NCBI GenBank assembly: GCA_037379345.1
Contig: CM074511.1
Coordinates: forward strand, 55,434,862-55,498,861
Direction: 5' to 3'
Origin: Perna viridis
Lineage: Eukaryota
Length of the DNA: 64,000 nucleotides
A program made the position numbers and the translations under genes. The notes beneath the pieces are model-generated. The model searched no databases. It saw nothing but the letters and a program-made list of their open reading frames with translations, and was not told the DNA's origin. Positions 45,939-58,150 of this stretch are shown piece by piece. Numbering within the stretch: the first letter of the stretch is position 1; the number at the start of each line of letters is the position of its first letter.

Positions 45939-46407
45939 AGGTTACAGACCACCAATTCAACCAATGAGCATTTGGAACGTACGCAAAAATAGTCCTACAC
46001 AGAAATTACCCCTGATCCTCATAGTGCTGTGAAAAAAGTTCTCATCTTATTTAAAAAATTGAAACAGTTTCTGAAAGGAAAAACATTTTTGTACATTTTA
46101 TATGTGCATTTTGCTTCTTGTGATGTGAAGCCTAATCTCCATAATGATTTTTAAATATACCCCTGTCTTGTGAAAACACTGGGATTTCCCATGCTATTTA
46201 TAGACCCTTCACTTCCGGTGACCAGTACTGCACTGCAAGTCTGCTAACCCCACATGCCATTCTGAGGATTGTGAGCTGACATATGTAGAATCATGCTGAT
46301 ATATAGTCCTCTGCAGGTTAAAGTTAAGGTAAAGTCCAGAGAAGCCATTGAATATTGTGAGATTAGCATAGAAGCCTATGGAAAGTGGAATTAGTGGTTT
46401 TTAGCCT
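45939..46407 (+). mobile_element. 469-bp MITE copy 1 (imperfect 23-bp TIR, AC 2-bp TSD)
   Basis: Near-identical reverse complement of 60355-60823; ac|AGGTTACAGACCACCAATTCAAC...GTGGAATTAGTGGTTTTTAGCCT|ac. Confidence 0.85.
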
Positions 46408-46457
46408 ACATGGAAAGGGGTATGTATAGTTTGGAATAACAGTGAAATATGTAATGT

Positions 46458-46605
46458 TGGTAGTCTGAAAGGTTTAACAACGTTTCCTACTGTGTAGTAG
46501 CCTAAAAGGTTTAACAACGCTGCCTAATGTGTGGAACCCTGAAAGATTTAAAATTGCCTGTTGTGTAGTAGTCTAAAACGTTTTACAACATTGCCTATTG
46601 TGTGT
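46458..46605. repeat. degenerate ~37-bp tandem repeat, ~4 copies
   Basis: gtagtctgaaaggtttaacaacgtttcctactgtgta variants. Confidence 0.7.
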
Positions 46606-46859
46606 TAAACATATCATGTGTATATCGTCCGTTAGATGTTATAAATATGAAATAAATGATACGCAATGGAAACATCTCAAAATATGCTTTTTATATGTTT
46701 TCAGTACATATAAAAACACATATTTTTATGTTTTCCTCAAGCTAAGGACCTACATGTCAACCATACAAAACATGTTTAGGACTGATAAAACATGTTTAAA
46801 AATATGGTGAATATGTTTGCCATATGATTTAAAATGTTCAAAACATTTGATTTTTGTAT

Positions 46860-47980
46860 GATTTGTAAAACACTCATTTTAGAAGTAGAAAATAATAAGA
46901 CCTATACTGCTACCGCACTTTCCAAAGAAGAGATAGTGAAAAACCACAAATATGTGCTATACACTTTTGGACTATCTACCAACGACGTTGATTGTAATCT
47001 ACAAACAACGCTACATTGCTGGATGTGCATTTGTACCACAAAAGCTCTTTCAAAACTGTCAACTTCTATACTTACAGGTGTCAAAGAGAATCTCAAGTCC
47101 TAGCACGTCCCTTGCTAATCCCGTAGGGGTATTTATTCATTGTTGATCTTCTGGAAACCCTCTACTCAATTATTATCAAAATACAGTAGCATTAAAACCT
47201 GTAACTTTTCAACTCTTTATTCTTCTATTCCCAATACTCAGTTAAAATCCCGACTCAAAAACATTGTGCATCGTTATTAATCAACTAGATACATATATGT
47301 AGTTATTGGTAGAGATTCCTCATACTTTGATAAAACAATTCCAAATCATCTTCCAAATATAACGAAGATGTTTTTTTACACTTAGAAATCGATGGTAAAG
47401 GACAAATATTGACCAAACTATACGGCAAAAGCGATGACTTTTCACTCCGTATTGTCAACTTTCCTTTCATATGTGACAACATCACTTCAGCACCTGCGTA
47501 TCGAGTTTTCATAACACAACTCATATGTTATACCAGAGCTTGCCGTAACTACGCAGACCTTTTGTATCGCGCTGCACTTCTAACGGTTAGGCTTATGGAA
47601 CAGGGTTATGTTGCTACAAGATTGAAGTAATCACTACAGAACTCATGAACTCGTGGATAGTTAGTTACGGTGTATCCATCTGCACCATGAATGCTGATTT
47701 GTTCAACGTGTCATCTTTTGCCTACCCTGGACTTGACTTGTTATGAACAAGGCAGGTGTTTCTAGGAAAGCATAGGTCGCTTACCCTACCGGTGCACCTG
47801 GTCCATGCTCACAGTTTTTAGTGGAGTCCGAGTTTCTTATTAACTTTTGTTACTTTGTATGTATTGTTCTGGTTATTTTATGTTCTTAGTTGTGTGCGTT
47901 TGTTTTCTATGTCTGGGTTTTGTCCCTGGATTACATTCTTACAATATCCGCTAGAATCTTGGTTTCCTTGATACTCTTTC
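46860..47980 (+). mobile_element. degenerate Penelope-like retroelement (frameshifted RT/thumb region)
   Basis: TKLYGKSDDFSLRIVNFPFICDNITSAPAYRVFITQLICYTRAC..LMEQGY; upstream DFSTLY-like remnant (aacttttcaactctttat); stops and frameshifts. Confidence 0.8.
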
Positions 47981-48073
47981 ATGCGTTATAATCATGCACA
48001 GAAAACACATATTTCAATATGATTAAAACTTGTACAGAAACATTTGTTTTGTATGTTTGATAATGAACCCATA

Positions 48074-48252
48074 TCAGGGACGAATCAAGACACTTTGAAA
48101 AGGAAGGTTGCCATCCTGGGTTCCTCAGGAAAAGGGGTAGGGGTGCTAGGACATTATTTACTATTTTTTTGTCAGATTTACAAATGAAAATCACAAATTT
48201 TCCAATAGAAAAGAGGGGTGCCAACTCCCTGTACTCCCCTAGATCCGCCACT
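48074..48252. mobile_element. degenerate small MITE
   Basis: cagggacgaatc.ag ... ctagatccgccact imperfect terminal inverted repeats, G-run rich body. Confidence 0.45.
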
Positions 48253-51200
48253 ACATTAAATTTGTATCATGGTGCTGTTGTCGGTTGGCACAAACGTGTT
48301 TATGTTTACATTTGGTCATATCAGAGCTTGCTGTAAAATACGCGAATCTTGCTCTACAAGGATGATTTCAAATATACAGTTTGTTCCACTTGAACCATTA
48401 TTGGTTCGTACCTAGTGGTTCATTTTAGAGAAAAACCAGACGAACCGGAAGTAGAATTAGAGAAAGTTGGTTCGTATCGGTTAATGGAGAACAAGCTTGC
48501 TCTTCAATTCAATCAACGACAAGTCCTTCACTTGTATGTTTTTTTTTCCACATAGACAAACTGGGGAATTAAAGTTGTCGCTTCAGTAAGCAATTCTATA
48601 GATTATTTACTGTAATGGTGCATTGCATAACTGAGTGTTGAAATTGTTCCCAGTATCCTAGATACAGCACATCTACATCAATCTTTATTACATATCTACG
48701 ACAAGATCAGATAACCGAAACATTAAACGTTCACTATGTAATATATTAGAAATTAGATGATGCTAGACTGCTGTGTACGTATCCAACAGTCAAACATAAT
48801 TTACTGCACTGGACTTGCCTATAGATAACTTTTATAAGTGGTTGGAGACTATAAGATTTAATGATCGTATACCTCACTGCAACATATTAAAAATGTCCTT
48901 AGTAAATCTTGTTTAAGTCAGAAATTTTGCTTATATGTCAATGTTGTAATTGCTGCATGTTGTTCTTTTCTTAATTGTTGCGCCCGGTTTTATTAACATG
49001 TCATATGATATGGATTTTTTACCCAACGAGACAAAGTGAGGGATGTGAAATTTCTGTATTATCAATGGTGCTTTAAATAAATCATATAAATCAAAAACTG
49101 TAGTATATCCTCATTCCGAATGTTTTATATGGTTTAACGTTCTAGTCTAGACGTCTTCGACAGTACCAATGGTCATTTGCATCTTCTTTCACGATCTATC
49201 TCAAGGCTTTGATCAATACAGCCATAAACTAATGTATGACAAAAAAGCAATCTGTCTGTCGTCGGTTTTCAAATATGAAATCGGTACAATCATTCTGAGT
49301 AGGATAATGTAACTACAAATGCTTCTCAAGACAAAGTTCAAGAGCAACATTCGAAAGAAAAACCACTTATTTTATGAAATATTTTTATCCCAAAAAAACC
49401 TCTCTCAGTATGTATAAACAAAAATGAAATGCCAAAGCAACCGTATGGAATTACCGGCTCATTTGTCACCCTTATCTCTTATTGCTTATTCAACGTACAT
49501 ATGGAAATGCGGAAAAAAACTTAATCTTATAAATATGGCAAAATAAAAGAAACACGTTCGTGTAAATGCGAACACTTACGAAAAGAAAGGGAACTTTTAA
49601 AACTGCCAATGACTACATTAACGTAGAACAAAAACAGTGGAAAGAAATCAAAATACATCTAGATGTAGATAGTTTGTGCTATATTGTAACAGAAATTGCG
49701 TTAAATCAAATATGGAAATGTTCTAGACAATCACTCTAGAGGTATTCCGATCAAAAGTACAAGCAACAATAACACCAAGCTTTTTTCGACCCTTATCCAA
49801 AAAATTACAACCTCATGTACACTTAAAAAGAAAAATAAGTGAAAAAGTGAGAGAAAAGATCGACGTAACAAGCATGATCGAATTTTTCCCGAAGAAAAGT
49901 TGGCCAATATAATAAAGGAGAGAATTGATATTTTTCTAAGAAATATTTGGCTTAGTTTTTCATAGTTACATTTACAAAATAACCAGCATTGAAAGAGAAA
50001 ACGATGGTTTCAAACTTTCTGGAAACATTTCACTTTAAAGAACTGTAAAATGATTATGCCAGATTCATTAAAAACTCCTAAGCAATATATTGAATAGTAT
50101 TCGTTAAATCAACAAACAAACAAACAATACTGCAGAAATCAACCAATATATTTCACTTCAGAACTTATAATCGACTCTTTTGTTACAGCGATGATTAGTA
50201 AAGTGAAGACTAAAATAATATTGACATAATACTCTTTAATGCTCTTAGCTGGAAGAAACTAAAAAACAATGCAATTATTCAAAAGATGAGACAATTGTTG
50301 TTGTTTTAAAATATCCATCAGTTTAATTTCTGTTTTGGAAACAGTTATGTATCGTATGAATAATATATGACAAAGCAGCATTATAATACTACTAGAATTA
50401 ACATTTTAACTACCTATCCAAATAATATTCAGGCACTGTCAATGGTAGAGGTGATTCAGGAGCAGAAAAATCCACTGAACAAACAATGTTATTTTTTAAA
50501 ATTTGTTATAGTCCTTTCTGCATAGACCTGAATTTTGAAGAAAACCTGCATTCATCAACCAAAGCAAGCTTAAGGGTGATTCTACTGTAATGTGTCAATT
50601 TCTTGTACAATCTATAGACATATATACCGGTAACCTTTTTTTTTCTCAGAAGTGCAAAAACTATACGTAAAACAAAAACTGGTTATGTGGTCAATAACTG
50701 TTTCTGAATAAGAAACAAAAAGAAATATTTGTGATGTCTGGTATTTATGAAGACTGTTCTTTAATAGTTGATAACGTAATTACACAGTTAACATCTTTCA
50801 CAGGCAAATTTCAATTGAGTCTTTGTTACTTATTTTGAACCATCTTCAAATTTGAAGATGATCGGGGCTCCTCCAAACAAAACAGTAGTGAAAGAATTTG
50901 AGGAATGTATTAGAAGTTTGGTGGTATATATAGCGATAGAATCGGATGGACTGCATTCAAAAAATGCTGCAAGATTTTTGGCTTTGAAGCTTGATCTGAA
51001 CATTGGCTTCTGGTTCCTTGCTCATGCAGATGAAGTGTACTGATTTTATCAACGCGTCTGTTATTGTGCAAGTCATGAACTCTGCACATTTAAAAGATTC
51101 ATACTTTCATGAAGGATAAGATTTGCTTCATACATGTCTACTTTGTGTCATAGCAAACTTAAAAGGTTTATTCCATTTCTACGACATTAAAACCACGCGC

Positions 51201-52757
51201 CAGATTACTATACAAAACATGAAAATAAGCGACTTCCTTTAAATCACCCTTAAAATGTTACTTAATTCTGAATCTGTTTGTTATACCATGCTCACAAGAG
51301 GATACGCTGTATGTATTCACGTTGTATGTTCATGCATGTGTTCATTGGAAAATTGCATGGTCTAAACTTACACAATATTTTATTTAGTAAATGTCCTATG
51401 TGAACCCTTACATAAGAATTTAGAGCCATAAATACAGGTTTTGAATTGCACACCCATTTCTTACTATTTACATACACATAAAAATTCTCGGATTAATTTT
51501 TGTAACATTTGATAGTGACTCTATTTTTTTCAAATTGCTGATTATTCTATAATTATCTTACTTAATCATTGCAACAGAACATTTTTACTTCAGACAAAGT
51601 ATGCAGGCTATCTCCATCAGCAGATAACATGGACATTCCATACAGAACAACAAAGATTATTTGATAAGAAGGTGTACAAATTAAATACTACTCTACCATT
51701 AAATTGGTTGCATTCCAAAGCCCGAAGTCAAGTGTTTCCAATAGTTTGTGTCACAGGAAACGGTATCGAACACGAACATCCGTGATTTTATTCTTACTAT
51801 CAATTAATCATACAAGAATATTAAAATATTATATGATTAAGAAATAATGCAAACACAATTAAAATTGAAGTCGCTAATCGTCAAATATTCTATGCCACTG
51901 ATTTTGGCTTGCTTCCAACATCCGAAATGGCACGAACTCAAGCGGAGTTGCAATGTGATCTAAAATCGCTAGAATCTTGGTTCCCCTGATAAATCTTTCG
52001 TAACCTTGATGACCCGAATGTTTCTCAATCAAAACAACTGGTAACCAGAGGTGCGGGTAATGTTTTCGTTCCACAAGTTTCTCTCAAAATTTTAGCGATC
52101 TTTGGGTCGTTTATGATATTGACCAGGGAACCAGATTAGGAACCAAATTAAACAATAGCAACCTCTGAATTGGAGACTAGGCGTTTCTCAGTAACATTAC
52201 AGAACCTTCGATGCTAACCGATCATTTCATCTTTTAATGTAAACTTCCCGTACAACACATGTGTATGATATTTAAGAGGTACATTTTGATATAGTGTTAA
52301 ACTAGAAATGACGGTTATATGGCACTTATCTGCAGCATAAGGTGGTGTAGTAATATTTAATTATGCAAATAATATGCATAAATGTAAATTACTGAAATTA
52401 TGAGTGCAATAATTTGTTAACAATATAAGCTACTTAAAAATGGTGAGTTAATTGTAACGTTTAATTTCATTATATTTTATATAATTCGTAGTCCTTAGAG
52501 CACGTGTCATTCTGCTGATTTGACTCTAAATAATTACTTACTTACTCACATGCGTATTGTATTGAGAAAACAAATCCCTGAATAAAGAAAAAAAAACAAT
52601 AAGTCAGTCTAAATAAAATTTTTATTTAAAGAGAGTAACTCAGTTAGATCAAGTCCAATTTCCATTAAAGACATTCAATAAAATTTACATTAAAGATCAC
52701 TTTGTTTCGTTTAACAAGAATCTGTTGTTGACTTAAGTCAGACACTGGTAGTCGTTT

Positions 52758-53329
52758 CAAACTAAACCAGCCAGCCATATCGGCCTATAACAATCAAACT
52801 AAACGAGACTAAACCAGCCAGCCATACCGGCCAATCAAACTAAACCAGCCAGCCATATCGGCTTATAACGATCAAACTAAACCAGCCAGCCATATCGGCC
52901 TATAACAATCCAACTAAACCAGCCAGCCATATCGGCCTATAACAATCAAACTAAACCAGCCAGCCATATCGGCCTATAACAATCAAACTAAACCAGCCAG
53001 CCATATCGGCTTATAACGATCAAACTAAACCAGCCAGCCATATCGGCCTATAACAATCCAACTAAACCAGCCAGCCATATCGGCCTATAACAATCAAACT
53101 AAACCAGCCAGCCATATCGGCCAATCAAACTAAACCAGCCAGCCATATCGGCCTAGCCTATAACGATCAAACTAAACCAGCCAGCCATATCGGCCTATAA
53201 CAATCAAACTAAACCAGCCAGCCATATCGGCCTATAACGATCAAACTAAACCAGACTAAACCAGCCAGCCATATCGGCCTATAACGATCAAACTAAACCA
53301 GCCAGCCATATCGGCCTATAACAATCAAA
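52758..53329. repeat. 37-bp minisatellite, ~15 copies
   Basis: unit caaactaaaccagccagccatatcggcctataacaat. Confidence 0.95.
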
Positions 53330-56024
53330 TCAACATCTCATAGTAAGAATGCTTTCAAGGAAAGCCGTAAGGGCAGTATCAAAAGTCAATGGTCAAAGGT
53401 GAAGTATCAAATCTCAAAAGTCAATGGTCAAAGGTGAAGAAAAGAAAACACAAACACAAACAACAAATACCATTCTCGTCATCGCATGTTAAACTAATTC
53501 GAATGACAATTAATAAAGTATTTCTTATATATTTAACAAAATAAACAATAACAGGAACAGTGTAAGAATGTATGCTAAAGTACTAATTACATTAATGTTC
53601 TGTTAGTCAAAATCTAGTACATTAACTGTCAAGATAAATTTAGTCAAGATGTTAAGATTGCAATTATTATGTTCCTGAAAACTTTGCTTAGTGCTTCTTT
53701 ATACAGTATTCCACATATATGCATTTCCCCTCCTTCACAAAACATATTCACAAGCCATATTTTGCTAATAAGAGAAGTGTAAACATCAAATTTTAAAACA
53801 AATGAACAGATTTACCAGAACAGATTTTTGTTCGGAAATGCAAAAGATGCTGTAGCCTAAATATCTAGTGCAGTGTAAGCAAACAAATAATTTGTGTCAA
53901 ATTGCAAGATTTGAATGAAAATATTAATATTTTATGTTAATTAGTGTTGGAAGAAAGCTAAAGTAGTGGCATTTTATCAAGAAAATTAATGCTAGCTTGC
54001 ACTGTATTATATATAAAGAACAGGACTATAAGAATTTCAAACTTTAAATCTTGTTTTTGATAGCTGTAGATTTATTCTAAAATATGGTGTTCATACTGTT
54101 GTTGTTAATGTTACATAGAAGTTATAAAACATTTGTTCTTTGACTTGTGCTTGTATGTAAAATACATAAAAAGATGTATTTAGCCATTTTTCAGCGCTAC
54201 ATTTAATGTATTATTTAAACTATGAATGAAAACATTTCATTAAGGAATCTCCTAGATATTGACTTTAGCTGAACCTTAAAAGTCAGGGATTCAGAATTAG
54301 CACCTATCATGCAGTGCTGACATAAATGACCCAAGTTTACAACTGAGTGTTTCGTTTCAAGTGGAAAGCCCTAAACTTAAATACCGATGATAGTGTAGTT
54401 TTAGTTACAAGTGATAAATTGCTTAACCATGATTCAACCTTCATACAAGTATTCTCATATGCACGTATAATGGCCCACTTTTGCTATAGATTAACAGTTT
54501 TGTTTCAGGTGGGGGAAATAACATTTCACAAATCTGTAATTTATGCATGTACAATAATGTTTATTACGTAACTACTATCAAATAACCTGGCTTTGGCAAA
54601 TCGATGACTAAGGCACGATGCGAAAGTAAAGATAACCTGGACATTCCTAACAAGCTTCAGAACATGGCAATTCTAACTTGTCGTGTACAATGTAGTAACG
54701 ACAAGAATGTCTGGTGTTAAAATGGAGCAATTGTAGATTTTGAAAGATGCAATGATGTTGGACTAAGAGCTCACGGCACAAAGAGCGAACTAATATTATA
54801 ACATAATCAATAAAAAAATACAATGGTTACAAAAATATAAATCCAGAATGTTATTGATGAAAAGTCAAGATGTTATAAAAATCAAAAAGACATTGTTTGT
54901 TTGCTTAAAAAAAGACAAATGGTTGCTCCTGAAAATAACTTAGTTCATTTTGTTTTCTCTTTCAGCCAGAATTATCAGTCGTATTTGTTCAGATACTGAT
55001 CAATACAACCGTTTTCATTTGATCATAACATTCTTTGACATACCCGAGACTTGTAATTGTTGTATCAATAATGTAGGATAGTGGGTGTTAACATTATTAC
55101 CCTCAGTTATTGCAGATGTGTTAGTAAGTAAACACAGTATTTACCATGCATTCATCTGTATTAAATGTCAACATCGTTTTGGAATTTGTTTGAATGTAGT
55201 GTGCATTAATGGTATCGCAACGACAAGTTACAATTGTTTGACACCTAACACAAAATTGGAATGAACATACAGAAGCAGCAACTTTACATGCAGTACTTGA
55301 ATCTTGTTTTATCAACCCATTAAAATTTGGTTTTATATAAGAACGTAGGTTCTTGTAAATATAATTACTGTCCAATAAAGAAAAATACTAATATTTTTTA
55401 AAATTTCCAAAATGTGGTGGGTAGGTTAAAAATTGCTGACACTCTAGTTCCATTATATGCACAGAGTATAAATTTATATTTAGACCTATGTCAGACTCGG
55501 CCATAAAACACACTTATTTATACAACTAAGTAATGTACATCGTAAAGACAGTACAGTATGCATCAACAGTGATTTTTTCACGTTCTATAGCAGAGCATGA
55601 AGTGGTTAAAAGTCTGCGGAGGAGATTGTCTTGTTGTAAGATCAATGAATTACAACTTCGTTCCCATACATTGTTCATATTCAAATATAGACTTCCTTGA
55701 ATGACCAAAACGCAAGAGTAAGAATTACATTACAGAACCATGATGCATAGATATATAAAATTCTAAATATGAGCGCTTTGATAGGAAGGAATCATCAATT
55801 CATCCAAGCGAACTCTACACCAAAGCTCTTGAATCAATGGTGGTTCTAATTGCACAAAAGAGGGATGGAATTATTTAGAAATTACCAGGACAATGATTGA
55901 TAGTTGTATAGTCTTCTGTTGGAGAGACACGAAACAGAACACTATGTCTGAAGTCTGGTCACACCAATCAAATGAAGATTACTTTGCTACAAAAAGCAAT
56001 AAAGCAGAAACCTAATCTATCAAA

Positions 56025-56178
56025 CAACAAAGTAGGGAATAACATTTTGAAACTTCCCACTAGAGCAAACAATATGCTCGGTTACAGGTATTATGTATAA
56101 AATAACAAAGTAGAGAATAACATTTCAGAACTCCTTACTACAGTAAACAATAAGCCTAGTTATACGTATTGTGTTTAC
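56025..56178. repeat. ~78-bp tandem duplication (2 diverged copies)
   Basis: acaaagtag.gaataacattt..aact.c..acta.ag.aaacaata twice. Confidence 0.7.
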
Positions 56179-57839
56179 ATTGGTTGAAAAAGAAATAATA
56201 ACTGTAAAATCCGTAAAACAAGACATCTATTTGCATGAACAAAATTTTACTTGTAAAGTGTTGATCTCCATAAAACAGATCAATGTATAAATATATGTTC
56301 AATAACAATTTCTAGAATCAATAAAATACCAATTAAAACAAAACATGAAATAGTTAATTTAGTTTTGCGACTAATTACAACAAGAAAAATCGAAAAATGA
56401 AACCATGGTGTAAATAAGAACTTTGTACTGCAGAATAATGAAAGAAACTTGATTGCGACATTTTAGTAAAAGCAGCCAAGATACAAACAAATATTGAAGT
56501 CCTTGAACGAGTTATTTATAAAACTATGACAATTAGTAACTACAAATGGTAGGAATAAACAGTTTCATGGTAAATTAACCGAAAAAATGCTGAATCATCT
56601 ATTTTGACTTTCTGGACAAAAACATTAACTAAATATGACGGTCTTGACTCAGAAAGTACAATACGCACAATTTCATAACCATAAGGGGTCTAGGGAAAGA
56701 CGTAGTAAAACCATAAAAAAAGACCAAAGAAGGAAAGAGCTTAGAGCATAATTTAGTACTACATAAATTGGTGTAATGTATTCCTTCTCATGCTCGTTTG
56801 CAATTGTATAGCCCATTTCAACTGTCTGCTTGTTAAAGATCAATATTTTTGTTTCAGCTGGAATATCATATTTCATAGAACAGTTATTCATTTAGTAAAT
56901 TAAATGGACATATTGTAATTATTGCGCAAAAAAATTTGAATTCATAAACAAAATGCCGTGCTCATGATAGAGTTGATTAAGTCCATCATTACATATATCA
57001 GTAAACATTTGTCAAGCTACCGATTCAAAAATCGAAAACCATTATATAATCCTCAGGAATAAATGCAAGGGCAGACAAGAAAAACGAACATTTCACACCT
57101 CACCGACCACTAACTAGGTACGAACTAATACTTGTACAATGTATACATTACATCTTTGCTCAGACTAAACTTAATGACTAATACAATATGCACAATTTAC
57201 TTGTAGTAATGCCCAAAGGCTATATGGTTGACTAAATTTTTATTGATGCATTACATATCAAAACTACAAATTCTTTAAATTGAATCATACTTCAAAATCT
57301 TTATGAAATTCAAAAATAAAGGTCAAATGATTTTGACCCGTGATATATTTGTTTACACCTTATGTGATATCATTTTACACAGTCCTCTCCTATTTGTTAT
57401 CAAACATTTAAAATTTTGATATTTTAAAATTACGCTTATTGATTATGATTTCATAAACATGGTACTTTTCTGATAAGCGTTTTAGCTGTGACTAAAAATA
57501 GAACTGAAATAATACAGAATATGAACTTGAACTTGTGTTTTACAGCTTATTTTATGATCTTAATCGCCGGAAGCTAGATGTTATATTGGTGACTTTTGCA
57601 AGATTTTACCATAAAAAGTCAGCGGTATAACAAATATTGTGTACAAACTAGCCTTAGAGTGATAAAGAGCATTTAAATAAAACGTTGATTTTTTCGTCAT
57701 TTGTTTGTAACATGTTTATGACACCTATACAAGTATATATAATGGTGTGGGACGGTGAAACCTACACGAATTTTTCCCGCGCAAACAGAATATTGGTCCT
57801 ATTTTTAAGTGCAACGGTCAGCAAATTCAATGTACGTAC

Positions 57840-58150
57840 CTAGGAAGTCCTATATCCAATAAAGACGTGTCATTTCCGAGCACCTCTTCAGTCCATTCTT
57901 CAACGATACTTGTCACTTCACTCTCCTCTCCTTCCTCAGACCACCCTTCTAATAAATTTGAACTTTCATCTCCCCTGTTAGTTGCATATCCACTATCGTC
58001 TATAGGAAAGAAAGTAATATCTTCTTCACTTATTCTCACTGATTTTCTCTCTTTCTTTTTTTTACGGTTCACACTTTTGTCGTCTGAATTTTCTAGAACT
58101 AGTTTTGATGCTTCGTCATGACTACAATCGTCTGCTTCTGATATCGACAT
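57840..58150 (-). CDS. first coding exon A of CaaX gene (MSISEADD...LLDIGLP), acidic/basic low complexity
   Basis: ATG at 58150 (in-frame upstream stop at 58216-58214); donor CCT AG|gtacgt, phase 2 compatible with downstream exons. Confidence 0.7.

Noticed and set aside
50414-50530. Possible extra minus-strand exon (DFSAPESPLPLTVPEYYLD AG|gtagtt, phase 2 donor)
   Set aside because: The phase-2 acceptor leads to an in-frame TAA, and the nearer acceptor is phase 1 with no matching upstream donor found; unresolved without RNA data
50960-51065. Second hammerhead-like relic (cagatgaag...)
   Set aside because: Too degenerate; no GAAA core at the correct spacing
52758-53329. CRISPR-like array of 37-bp repeats
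   Set aside because: Units are head-to-tail with no unique spacers, there are no cas genes, and the context is eukaryotic; it is a minisatellite
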